Of a stretch of DNA of 64,000 nt, positions 1 to 11,856 are shown in pieces (positions within the stretch are counted from its first letter, which is position 1; every line of letters begins with the position of its first letter). Location: assembly GCA_030390025.1 (NCBI GenBank), contig CM059432.1, positions 14,696,001-14,760,000 of the forward strand, written 5' to 3'. Made by a program: the position numbers and the translations under genes. The DNA is from Squalus acanthias (taxonomy: Eukaryota). The notes beneath the pieces are model-generated. The model saw only the letters and a program-made list of their open reading frames with translations, had not been told where the DNA came from and did not search any database.

Positions 1-112
1 CTACTGCAAATGTTCTTATGACATATTCAGCCAACAGTTCTGTCTCAATGAGAGTAACTTTAATGTCTCTGTAGATTTCAGTGTCATCTGGCCAATACTT
101 GCAGCACTTCAC
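1..112 (-). CDS. PTPRM: PTPRM-like coding exon, truncated by the window edge: [37 protein letters not shown]
   Basis: Minus strand ccaacag|GTG AAG TGC TGC AAG TAT TGG CCA. The KCxxYWP motif is present, and the phase-0 junction fits the 98-nt exon. Confidence 0.95.
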   Translation of the reverse strand, partial: MKCCKYWPDDTEIYRDIKVTLIETELLAEYVIRTFAV

Positions 113-548
113 CTGTTGGCATAGAGCAATATTAAGATAATCAGCAATTGCAGTTTTTTTTCTTTTTATATTTTTGACATTAAAAGACATATGCATGGGC
201 TAGAAATTCGTTATAGCCAAGGACTGGGCAGTGTTTAGACTAAAAATGGTTAAGTAGCGCCAGGTGAAAATTGTCTAGTGTGCACGCAAAATTCATCCTC
301 ACTCCTCATTAAAATGATTGCAGTCATGATTCTAGTCTAAAAACCCAAGCTTATTGGCGTTACAGTGAAAAGATGGATCAATATTGGGTATAGTCTAAAC
401 TCAAGTAATGATTGCCACGGGGTTTTTCACTACTTAAAGGGGCGGTTCATTGATGCTGCAGCACCCCATTCTCAGCACTGTTGGGTGTGCAGCTGTCTCA
501 ACAACCATAAGAAGGACAAGGAGAAGGAATACTTATTTACAAATCCTG

Positions 549-786
549 ATGGCAGATCGCCGCCCCAGGGAAAGAGCCTGGAGATTTTTCGATTAAGCTT
601 TGGAGGCATTGGTTTTAGTGGTGAAGAGAAGGCAGGTGGCCCTGTACCAACTGGCAGGAGGCTCTCGCCACAAGTCTGACAGACTATGTGGAGGGAGGTG
701 GCACACCACGTCATGGGAGCACTGTGCTCTCCAGGTCCTACACCCAGTGCAGGAGGAAGTTTAACAAGCTCACATGAATGATCAGG
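549..786 (+). pseudogene. Myb/SANT-like DNA-binding gene remnant of the Harbinger element
   Basis: Manual translation across stops and frameshifts gives MADRRPRERAWRFFD*ALEALVLVVKRRQ...MWREVAHHV...SRSYTQCRRKFNKLT*MIR, followed by a GTGAGT donor. This fits the RxxxF...W...QCRxKFNxL pattern of Harbinger Myb proteins. Confidence 0.75.
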
Positions 787-975
787 GTGAGTGAAAGCTT
801 CAACAAATGCTACATACCACCATCTGTACCACAAACTTCACACACTGCTCAATGCACCGCACCCCCAGCAATCTCTACCGAGCAACACTCACACCCACAT
901 CTCACACCTTGCACACAATGACAGCTATTCAACTATGGCAGGCACAGGGGTCATTAGTTATTAGAATTCATGTGA

Positions 976-3900
976 ACAGCCTGACATAGTCATACGCACA
1001 GAATCATACCTTTCAGCTAATGTCCCAAACTCCTCCATCACCATCCCTGGGTATGTCCTGTCCCACCGGCAGGGGTGGTGGCACAGTGGTATACAGTCGG
1101 GAAGGAGTGGCCCTGGGAGTCCTCAACATTGACTCCGGACCCCATGAAGTCTCATGGCTTCAGGTCAAGCATGGGCAAGGAAACCTCCTGCTGATTACCA
1201 CCTACCGCCCTCCCTCAGCTGATGAATCAGTACTCCTCCATGTTGAACACCATTTGGAAGAAGCACTGAGAGGAGCAAGGGCACAGAATGTACTCTGGGT
1301 GGGGGACTTCAATGTCCATCACCAAGAGTGGCTCGGTAGCACCACTACTGACCGAGCTGGCCGAGTCCTGAAGGACATGACTGCCAGTCTGGGCCTGCGA
1401 CAGGTGGTGAGTGAACCAACATGAGGGAAAAACCTACTTGACCTTGTCCTCACCAATCTACCTGTCGCAGATGCATCTGTCCATGACAGTATTGGCAGCA
1501 GTAACCACCACACAGTCATTGTGGAGACGAAGTCCCGACTTCACACTGAGGACACCCTCCATCGTGTTGTGTGGCACTACCACCGTGCTAAATGGTATAG
1601 ATTCAGAACAGATCTAGCAGCTCAAAACTGGCCATCCATGAGGCGCTGTGGGCCATCAGCAGCAGCAGAATTGTATTCCACCACAATCTGTAACCTCATG
1701 GCCCGGCATATCCCTGTAAGGTTTCCAAAATTTACAGATCCCCAAAACCTAAGGAAAAAGGACTTTGGAACTACCTCAGAGTGATAATATTGTATTTGAG
1801 CCTAACCTAAGAGACTGTAAGACCAAAAACCAAGTTTTGGCATTTTAAATCTATGTCTGGGCCTGTAAAGGAACAAGAGGTGGGTTCAACCTCTGTAAAA
1901 GCAGTTTTGGGTATTGCAGTTAATTGCAATGTCTGGGGAACTGGGATGATCCTCACTCAAAGCCCCAGCAGGCATTAACATTTTGACAATAGACGCTAGG
2001 AGAAGACAGTCCCACCCAAAACAACAGGTCCCATCAAACCGATTACAGGACCCATCAGGAAACATGCATAATACAGAGCACTCAGGACTAGGCTATAGAC
2101 CAGCCTAGAAACCCAAAACACGAAACCAATCACCAGCAATCAGTCAAGAAGATCGACAGGATGCAAACCATCCCAAAACCCATTTGACACTTACAGAGCA
2201 GTTACTGGTAGCAGGCCCACCAAATTCAGACAATGAACTGAACAGATTTGGATGGTAGATAAGGCCATATTCAATGAGTGAGATTGAAGGCCTGTTAAAA
2301 CCCAGTTAACGTGCTAGTAAATCGTTACCGATTTACGAGCCCGCCAAAATTAGACAATGAACCGAGTAGATTTGGCGGGTAGATAAGGCCACTTCAATTC
2401 TGTATAATTGAAGGCCCTCCAAGCACACACCAAGGAGAAGAGAGAGAAACACCTCAGTTCAAGGTCGTTGGTTCGAGCAGTCAGTCGCAACCGGTGGTCA
2501 TCAGAAGGAGAAGAGGCCAAGAAGAAGGCGGCCCGAGCTGGAAGCGAGTCGGCATCGCTCACCACTCAGACACACCTGAGCCCAGCTCGTGAAGATACCA
2601 CCTCGACGGACCTCCAACAACGGCCCCAACACAGTCACCCGAAGCAACAAGCAGCAACCAGTCACCGACGGCTCCATGAGGTCGACCGACACACAAAACA
2701 AGGCCTAAAGCCACCGCGGAAACCAAAGGCCTCACGAAACCAACAACTGCGCATTACCCCCAACTGACCGTGTAATAGCAGGCCACCGCGACCAACAAAG
2801 ACCAACTCCAGGGAAGAAAACCCGAAGAATCGCAAAGTTTCCACACTACAAACTACTCCTGACTTACCCCTGGGTAAGATTTTCCCCAAAGACTCTAAGC
2901 CCTACTGCTAAACTAAAAAAATTGGGTACTCACCAGATAAATCCAAAATGACATCCTACCGCATCAGCGGACTCGCGAAGACTGACCAGAGACCCAGGTG
3001 AAGTCCTCTACCACGTACGGGGTACGGCAGCCACTAACCGCCATAAACAGCGAACCCCAAAACCGCGATTTAGCCCAACTGTCAAAGGATTGGTGAGCAT
3101 TATCCCTGGTCCTTCAAAACATAACTTAGCTAGTAAAGTGGGGTTGGGAGGGGTGAAGTATTGTTCTACTGTCATTTCCCTCGCTTGTACCGAAGTGTTC
3201 CCCACCTTTAGAGTGTTAAGAGTGTTATTATTTGTGTCTTACCTTTTAATAAAGATTGAAGTTCTTTCATCAAACTCAGTTGTCTGCTGCACCTTTTGTA
3301 TCACAACCCCCAAATAAGTCCAAGGTCTAGAACCAAGGGAGTGGGAGCGATTCGAACCGCTCAGAAGTCAGAGGTGAAGCTGACACAAACCACCACCCGC
3401 TACATCCCTCACTCTACCATTACCACCAAGCCAGGGGACCAACCCTGGTTCAACAAGGAGTGTAGATGAGCATGCAGGAGCAGCACCAGGCATACCTAAA
3501 AATGCGGTGCCAACCTGGGGAAGCTGCAACTCAGGACTACATGCATGCTAAAAAGCGGAAGCAGCATGCTATAGACAGGGCTAAGCGATCCCACAATCAA
3601 CGGATCAGATCAAAGCTCTGCAGTCCTGCCACACCCAGTCGTGAATGGTGGTGGGCCATTAAACAACTAACGGGAGGAGGAGGCTCCAAGAATATCCCCA
3701 TCCTCAATGATGGTGGAGCCCAGCACGTGAGTGCAAAAGACAAGGCTGAAGCATTTACAACCAACTTCAGCCAGAATTGCTGAGTGGATGATCCATATCA
3801 GCCTACTCCCGAGGTCTCCACCATCACAGAAGCCAGTCTTCAGCCAATTCGATTCACTCCACGTGATATCAAGAAACGGCTGAGCGCACTGGATACAGCA

Positions 3901-5430
3901 AAGGCTATGGGCCCCGACAACATCCTGCTGAAGACTTGTGCTCCAAAAGTAGCCGCGCCTCTAGCCAAGCTGTTCCAGTACAGCTACAACACTGGCATCT
4001 ATCCGACAATGTGGAAAACTGCCCAGGTATGTCCTGTCCACAAAAAGCAGGACAAATCCAACCCGGCCAATTACTGCCCCATCAGTCTCAATCATCAGCA
4101 AAGTGATGGAAGGTGTCATCGACAGTGCTATCAAGCAGCACTTACTCACCAATAACCTGCTCACTGATGCCCAGTTTGGGTTCCGCCAAGACCACTCAGC
4201 TCCCAAGCTCATTACAGCCTTGGTCCCAAACATTGACAAAGGAGCTGAATTCCAGAGGTGAGGTGAGAGTGACTGCCCTTGACATCAAGGCAGCATTTGA
4301 CCGAGTCTGGCATCAAGGAGCCCTAGTAAAACTGAAGTCAATGGGAATAGGGGGAAAACGCTCCACTGGCTGGAGTCATACCTAGCACAAAGGAAGATGG
4401 TTGTGGTGGTTGAAGGTCAATCATCACAGCCCCAGGACATCGCTGCAGGAGTTCCTCAGGGCAGTGTCCTAGGCCCAACCATCTTCAGCTGCTTCATCAA
4501 TGACCTTCCCTCCAACATAAGGTCAGAAATGGGGATGTTCGTTGATGACTGCACAGTGTTTAGCACCATTCACAACTCCTCAGATAATGAAGCAGTCCAT
4601 GCCCGTATGCAACAAGACCTGGACGACGTTCAGGCTTGGGCTGATAAGTGGCAGGTAACATTTGCGCCTCAGAAGTGCCAGGCAATGACTATCTCCAACA
4701 AGCGAGAGTCTAACCACCTCCCCATGACATTCAATGGCATTACCATCACCGAATTCCCTACTATCAACATCCTGGGGGTCACCATTAACCAGAAACTTAA
4801 CTGGACCAGCCACATAAATACTGTGGCAACAAGAACAGGTCAGAGGCTAGGTATACTGCGGCGAGTATCCCACCTCCTGACTCCCCAAAGCCTTTCCACC
4901 ATCTACAAGGCACAAGTAAGGAGTGTGATGGAATACTCTCCACTTGCCTAGATGAGTGCAGCTCCGACAACACTCAAGAAGCTCGACACCATCCAGGACA
5001 AAGCAGCCTGCTTGATTGGCACCCCATCCACCACCTTAAACATTCACTCCCTCCACCATCGGCGCACCGTGGCTGCAGTGTGTACCATCTACAAGATGCA
5101 CTGCAGCAACTCGCCAAGGCTTCTTCGGCAGCACCTCCCAAACCCTCGACCTCTTCCACCTAGAAGGACAAGGGCAGCAGGCGCATGGAAACACCACCAC
5201 CTCCAAGTTACACGCCATCCTGACTTAGAAGTATATCGCTGATCCTTCATCGTCGCTGGGTCAAAATCCTGGAACTCCCTACCTAACAGCACTGTGATAG
5301 TACCATCATCACATGGACTGCAGCGGTTCAAGAAGGCAGCTCACCACCAACTTCTCAAGGGCAACTAGGGATGGGCAATAAATGCTGGCCTTGCCAGCGA
5401 CGCCCAGATCCCATAAACAAATTTAAAAAA
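976..5430 (+). mobile_element. 5'-truncated CR1-group LINE (APE endonuclease + RT, disrupted), split by a solo LTR
   Basis: Endonuclease motifs YRPP and GDFNVHH. RT motifs [21 protein letters not shown] and FVDDC. The 3' end has AATAAA and an A-rich tail. Candidate TSD ATGTGA at 970-975 and 5431-5436. The exact clade was not determined. Confidence 0.9.
1715..3404 (+). mobile_element. Solo LTR, 1690 bp (retrovirus or Gypsy type)
   Basis: Begins TGTA and ends TACA, with a 4-bp TSD TCCC (1711-1714 and 3405-3408). Removing it restores the LINE frame ARHIP|HSTITTKPGDQPWFN. AATAAA at 3248, TATA-like TGTATAATT at 2401, and an internal imperfect direct repeat at about 2222-2291 and 2347-2417. Confidence 0.88.
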
Positions 5431-5539
5431 ATGTGATATGTTTATAGATAAATTTATTAATGTTGTTTGGAGTATTTTGAGGTCTCTCTCATTTCACCTT
5501 TGCGCCCAGGAGGACGCTGTGATATGGCGTGAGACGAGG

Positions 5540-5690
5540 ATGGTCTGATGGGGATGTGGTGGCTGGAAGCGTGCTGGCACACAGGTCTGGCGCAGGATGA
5601 AGGCATCGTGGCTGCTACCAGGATAACGGGCATTGACATTGAGGATTTGCTGTCTGTGGTCACACACGAACTGCACATTAAGTGAGTGAA
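5540..5690 (-). pseudogene. Harbinger (HARBI1-like) DDE transposase fragment
   Basis: ORF 5494..5727 contains HSLNVQFVCDHRQQILNVNARYPGSSHDAFILRQ, the S.NVQ.VCD...PGS.HD motif of PIF/Harbinger transposases. Confidence 0.85.
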
Positions 5691-7077
5691 TGATTTTTAG
5701 CAAGTGTTGTACTTTGAAGCCTTTCAAAAATAATGAGGGAGTTTTGTACTTGCTAGAACACTCCCTGATACCAAAGAACCTTGAAATGAATAAGGAAAAT
5801 TCTTTCAGTAGCAGGAACTAGCACACAGCCATTGCGTCGCTGCAACCGGCTTTCTGCTGCTGTACGCCACCCAAAGCTGTCGTTGCTTTCTGCAGCTGGT
5901 AAGTACCTTGGCTGAAACAAAGTTGGGAGGTCGGGTGACCCGTGAGTGCTGCACACTCACTGACGTGAGTGCTGCACACTCACTGACATCACGAACTCCA
6001 TCATGGCGAGCTCCCTGGCCATCGAGGTTATCGGCAGCGCTACCGGCAGCATATGGCGAGCGACGCTGGAATCGGCATCAGCTGCCGTTACAGCTGTCAA
6101 CAGCACTTTAGCGCCATCTCCCGGCACAAGCCACATGAATTTCTCCCCCCCCCCCACCACCCCCCCCCCCGAAGTCCACGCAGACGAAGAAAGTAAATTT
6201 ATCTTCAGAAAAAAAACCAGCCCTGGGATAATGTTAGATTATTTTGTGACTGATTCTGCTTTCTTTATTTGCATAGACACAGCCTTAGGAGATGATTTTA
6301 CCCGTCACCGTGGCAATCTCCTTTGAGTTCTTTTATTGTCGCAGAACTTTATCTCTCGACTGGTTTAAGCTGCGATTCTCTAAGCTTTTGCAGATTTCTG
6401 AAATTGTGAAATTTTGTCCTGCTAATTTTCCACAAAAGCAGCTGTCAGAGATTTAGCAGTTCAGAATCTATATACTCCACCTGAATAGAGAATGCGTCCT
6501 GCTGCTATTTCGTAGAATCCTGATATTATTCAGAAGGAAGAATTGACCCATACATTTGTATTCCTGTGCTGTTCACTGAACTTCAATGATCTGAAAATTG
6601 ACAGTTTTCTGAGATTTCAATTGTTGGTACTTTAAGCTCTCATCATTAACCAGTGAAGTATATAAGTACCACATTATGTTGGAACTGATTTCATTTCTTA
6701 CAACATACCTTTCCCCATCTTCCTCCTTGAAGGGAGAGCAAAGTGAGGGATCTGAGCAAAGCAAACCCACCCCTTCTGCTCTCTTGGGAGAAGATATTCA
6801 ATTCCAAATAATATTCCCAGGGCTGGATGAATCCTATTAGCAAAAGGTTTGTTCTCAATGAGAGATTTCTATCATAAGATTGAGCGGGTCTTCATTCCAG
6901 CATTGCTATTGGTCAAACTCTGCTTTCCTTTTTACTGAAAGGTCAAGATCATTAGAGCAGCACACCACAGGTTTAAGCTTGGTTCAAGGTGCTACCAAAG
7001 TTGAACTTTTAAAAGAATCCTGTCTACGTTTTGTCTTGACTACATTTCAGGCACCAACTGAGCCATTAAGCTCCCAA

Positions 7078-7471
7078 GAGAGGGGATCTCATTGAAGCAT
7101 ACAAAATTATTACAGGGCTTGATAGGGTGGATGCTGGGAGAATGTTTCCCTTGGCTGGGGAGTCTAGAACCAGGGGCCACAGCCTCAGGATAAAGGGTAG
7201 GGCATTCAGGACTGACATGAGAAGAAATTTCTTCACACAGAGGATGGTGAATCTTTAGAATTCTCTACCCCAGAGGGTTGTGGAGGCTCAGTCATTGGGT
7301 ATATTCAAAACAGAAGTCGATAGATTTCTGACTGGTAAGGGCATCAAGAGATATGGCGGTAGGGCCGGTGAATGGAGATGAGGTAGCAGATCAGCCATGA
7401 TCTCATTGAATGGCGGAGCAGGCTCGAAGGGCCGAATGGCCTACTCCTGCTCCTATTTCTTATGTTATGTT
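7078..7471 (+). mobile_element. CR1/HER1-type LINE 3' fragment
   Basis: Encodes the RGDLIEAYK...RGHSLRI C-terminus and carries the 3' tail GGAGCAGGCTCGAAGGGCCGAATGGCCTACTCCTGCTCC + TTCTTATG. Confidence 0.85.
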
Positions 7472-9280
7472 CTACACTGCTGGGTGCATCTCAAGTGTTA
7501 GATGTTCTTAGATCATGACATGTTCTCTATTAATATCTTGGTATCTAGCTTCCTGGAGCAGTGCCGCTGTAACAGCAGGTTGAAAGAAGTTAACTGCACA
7601 AAGTAGGCTCTAGGCCAACCTGCCCATGACAGAAAAAGATACCCCGGTTGTCTCACAAGTGGGTTCTCTTTTATCTGATGATTATCATGGCCCCCTCAGC
7701 TCCTCCTGGAAGGATGTTCAGCCACTGATTGTCTGCCATCTGGCACAACAGAGCAAATGCCAGTGCATATGGAAAAATTGTAGGTGCAATGGTCCTGAAT
7801 TTTTGATACCTGCTGCCAGCAGGTAAGGTACCTTAATTCAGGCACAGACTTTGAAAAAGGTAGGCAAGTGCACCACCTTTTACATTGTCCTGTTTCTGGG
7901 TCACCCATCTTGCCTATGGTGCGCCGTCTTCCTTAGGTGTGTCTCAATTGACTTTTAATCAGATTGACAGTCAGATTTAGCGAAGTCACGCTGAGAAAAT
8001 GAAAAGTGGGCATTGCCCTGGTGCCCTACATTCCTTGGTTCCTGTTATAATTGGCATTACTAACTCTCTGTACTGCATTATGATTTCCTTTTTTCTCCTG
8101 CTGATATTGGGTTGGATTTTGCTGTGGCAACTCCTGTTGCTCTGTTTGATCCTTTACAACAATTGGCGAGATTGTAGCGTGGGAGCAGACATTTTACGTA
8201 GAACTTCTCCCGCTGGATGTCAAGGTCATGCTCAATATCATAAATGGGGACCAGCTTATTAGGAGCCGGTTTCCCCCCATTAATCATTTCAGCGGGCAAA
8301 GCAAGACGACGTCACAAAAGGAAAAGTGTACAAAGCACCTCTTCGACTCTCGGAAACACTGCAAACTACCTCGAACTGCTCACTCTTGAGCATAAAACGG
8401 AACAATAAAACAGCGACTGACTGAGCAAGACTGATAAGGTACCTCCCTTTATTACATGTAGGTTTAAAATCACAATTCAATGCACTTACCCTTTTAAACC
8501 CTGCGGGCTGACGCACTGCTGCCAGCAGAGCAGTCAGCAAACTCTTTGCCTGGCTGCTGCCATTTAAAAGCAGCAAATTGCCGTCAGCATATTGATTACC
8601 ATAAAAGATTTCATTAAGGTATCATTAGAATGCTGCTTGCACTGATCCAGCCAATACGATGCTCTCATTAATTAGGCGATTACATTTTAATTTTTAAACA
8701 AATTACAGCCACGAAAATACAAAATGAAAACCCATGCTCGATTACGGTTTCTAAATGGCTTTGCTGTCGCTCAGACTCTCCTGCCAAAAGATTGGCCACT
8801 TTCACTGCTAGTTCTCATTATCTTGCTCTATAATTGGCGAATTTGCCCATCAATCAGTACTACAGCAGTAATAGAAGTACATTTAGAGTTAGGCTATATC
8901 TATAAAAAAAAAACACACACAAGCTTCCAATTTAAATTTTTTTTAAAAACAATGTACTCAGGTTAAAAAAAAAGAACCTGCTTGAAATCTGAACTTCAAA
9001 AACCCCCCAGAAAATGTTGGAGAGGCACAGCAGGTTAAAACAGCCTCTGAAAGAAAGACAGGCTAATATTTTTTAATCTGTCGGGGAATCATAGAAATTA
9101 CAGCTCAAAAAGAGGCAATTTGACTATCGTGTCAGTGCCTGTGCATCTTTTCAACTGGAGCTATCTACTGTAATCCGCTTTCCCAACCCTTTCGGAAAAT
9201 GCACAGATTATCAAGAAAGCATTTCCCTGTTACAGACACAATGAAAAGAAGTCAAGAGCAATTTCTCTCATCACATGATT

Positions 9281-9692
9281 GACTCCAGAGAATTGAGCAC
9301 ATAAATCTAGGCTGACACTCCGGTGCAGTGCTGAGGGAGTGCGGCACTGGCGGAGGTGCCGTCTTTCGGATGAGAGGTTAAACCGAGGCCCCGTCTGCTC
9401 TCTCAGGTGGACGTAAAAGATCCCATGGCCACTATTTCGAAGACGAGCGGGGGAGTTATCCCCGGTGTCCTGGGGCCAATATTTATGCCTCAATCAACAT
9501 AACAAAAACAGATTATCTGGTCATTATCACATTGCTGTTTGTGGGAGCTTGCTGAGCGCAAATTAGCTGCCGCGTTTCCTACATTACAACAGTGACTACA
9601 CTTCCAAAATACTTCATTGTTTGTAAAGCATTTTGGGATGTCCTGAGGTCGTGAAAGGTGCTATATAAATGCAAGTTTATTCTTACTTTTCT
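9281..9692 (+). mobile_element. DeuSINE (SacSINE1-like), head truncated
   Basis: Deu-domain core GGTGCCGTCTTTCGGATGAGAGGTTAAACCGAGGCCCCGTCTG and tail GGTGCTATATAAATGCAAG. Several other copies occur in the window. Confidence 0.85.
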
Positions 9693-10589
9693 TCTCTCAA
9701 CAAAAAATACAAAACTCAGAGGAATAATTTCTTTAAAGGGCTGTTTCCATGGGGCGGTCCAAGTGAGGAGAGGCACTGACCGTGTTGGTAGAGGCATTGG
9801 TCGGTCCATGATTCTCAAAACATTAATTTAAAGATCAGGGTGTGTCAATCCATGATTTCCTGACCGGTGCTCCTTGCTGGGCGAGTCAGGGAGTCAGCCC
9901 TTCATATAACGTGTGAAAAATTGAGACTGCGTAGACTGGCAAGTTGCAGAGTCAGACTGCAATTCCTGGCACACTGAGTTCTCAGTCTCTGGTGTACTAT
10001 GAGTTGGTGAAGTGTGTCTTCTGAGGCCCTGGGTCTTGTGCCTGAAGAAATGGACGCAGATTTGAGTGCAGCTGTGTATCAGGTCCCAATAACTATCCAA
10101 TGTCGGTGATCTCCCCCTGACACATTCAAATGTAGAAATTAAAAATACAAAAGAGATTGATAAACCCTGCCAGGAAATACACCTTTTCCCTTCCAACTTT
10201 TTATTAGCCAGAAGAGATGGATTTAGATTAAAAAATATCTGTCAGAAAATGTACGGGGCCAGCAGAACTTAACATTCGTAAAGGTCAATCCCTCAACATA
10301 TATTAGAATAACTAAACCGCATATAAGGAATTGCAGTGTTTTGAAAGAAAAAGCAGAAATGCGTAATACTATTTAAAATGCTGCTTTCAAACGGTACATT
10401 TTACATGCAGATTAAACTCACTGAGGAGCCTGTCAGCCATTGGACTGAAGGAAAAGAAAATTGCTTGAAATTCAGAATTTCTTTTCCAAGCAGAAAGTAA
10501 GGAATCAGTTTAAAAGTTCCACAATCAATGTTTCACTGACACTGCTGTAAAAAAAGAGCAAATTATTTTCAACAATTCCTCAGAATGAC

Positions 10590-10920
10590 ATAGAATCTGC
10601 AGTACAGATACGGGCCATTCGGCTCAATTGGTGTTTATAGTCCACACGCGCCTCCTCCCCACTCTGATTACCTCTTCCCGTTCTGCCGCCACATCCCGCT
10701 CTTCCCTTCTCCCTCATGTATGCACCAAGCCTCCTCGTAAATACTTCAGTGATATCTGCTTCAACCACTCCATATGGGAGGGGTTCCAGATTCTCACCAC
10801 TCCCTGTGTAAAGACATTCCTCCGCAATTCTTTATCTGGTCTGGTAGTGACCATCTTATATTTATGCTCCCTTATTCTGGACTCACCCACAAGTGAGAAC
10901 AATTTCTCCTCATCCACACT
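10590..10920 (-). mobile_element. CR1 LINE 3' fragment
   Basis: ORF 10714..10929 reads EKLFSLVGESRIREHKYK...FTQGVVRIWN. Confidence 0.8.
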
Positions 10921-11277
10921 ATTGCGCAAGTTGGCTGCCCCGCTTCCTACACTACAACAGTGACTACTGCAATATTGGCAATAGAATTTAAGGTGTTCCT
11001 CAATCCTTAATAGTGGGGTGAATGCATGTTGTGGTTTTGGTGCTGACCCATAGAAATCAGGAAAGAATCAGGTTGATCACCTGCCCATGCTGAGTTGGGC
11101 AATCTTAGCCAGGGCAGCGATATGACCCCTGTAACTGGTCTCAGTGCCCCCAGACTAGGGATGGGAAAAATAAGCCAGCTTTCCGTTAAATTGATCTCGG
11201 TCTCGTGATCCCTGATGGAAACTGGACAAGTATGGTGTCAGCAGAGGTCAGGATAGGCTCAGCTGTGACATCCTTCA

Positions 11278-11570
11278 ACAGTCTCAGGATACGGGGTAGG
11301 ACATTTAGGACTGAGATGAGGAGCAATGTCTTCACTCAGAGGGTGGTGAACCTGTGGAATTCTCTACCACAGAAGACTGTGGAGGCCAAGTCACTGAATA
11401 TATTTAAGGAGGAGATAGATAGATTTCTAGACATAAAAGGCATCAAGGGGTATGGGGAGAGAGCGGGAATATGGTATTGAGATAGAGGATCAGCCATGAT
11501 CATATTGAATGGCGGAGCAGGCTCGAAGGGCCAAATGGCCGACTCCTGCTCCTATTTTTCTATGTTTCTA
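11278..11570 (+). mobile_element. CR1/HER1 LINE 3' fragment
   Basis: Peptide SLRIRGRTFRTEMRSNVFTQRVVNLWNSLP followed by a HER1-type tail. Confidence 0.85.
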
Positions 11571-11856
11571 ACAACAACAACAGCAACTTGCATTTATGTA
11601 GCACCTATAATGTAAAATAAAGTCCCAAGGGGCTTCACAGCGGTATAATATTAAAAACATGGATGCCAATCCAAAGAAGGACATATTAGGAAAGGTGATC
11701 AAAATCTTGGTTGAAGAAGTGGGTTTAATGATTGTCTTATAGGAAGAGGAGCTGCTAACCTTCTTTCACCTTGTACCAACTCAACTGTGAAATATTATTT
11801 GGGTTTCTTTAGAAATAATGCGTGAAAGTGCTGACATGTTTTTTCAAAAAATTAAT

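Larger units (their letters stand above)
197..6149. mobile_element. Decayed PIF/Harbinger DNA transposon (Myb/SANT gene on +, transposase remnant on -), interrupted by a LINE
   Basis: Left end GGGCTAGAAATTC at 197 and an imperfect inverted end GAATTTCTCCCCC at about 6137-6149. Convergent Myb-like and transposase remnants lie inside. The right boundary is uncertain because it runs into poly-C. Confidence 0.7.

Noticed and set aside
2408..2767. 119-aa basic ORF inside the solo LTR as an accessory gene
   Set aside because: It has a TTG start, a composition driven by A/C-rich sequence and no recognisable motif. It cannot be supported without other copies.
5942..5987. Tandem pair of hairpins GTGAGTG-CTGCA-CACTCAC as a structured RNA
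   Set aside because: It is a simple 23-bp local duplication in the subterminal region of the Harbinger element, with no further support.
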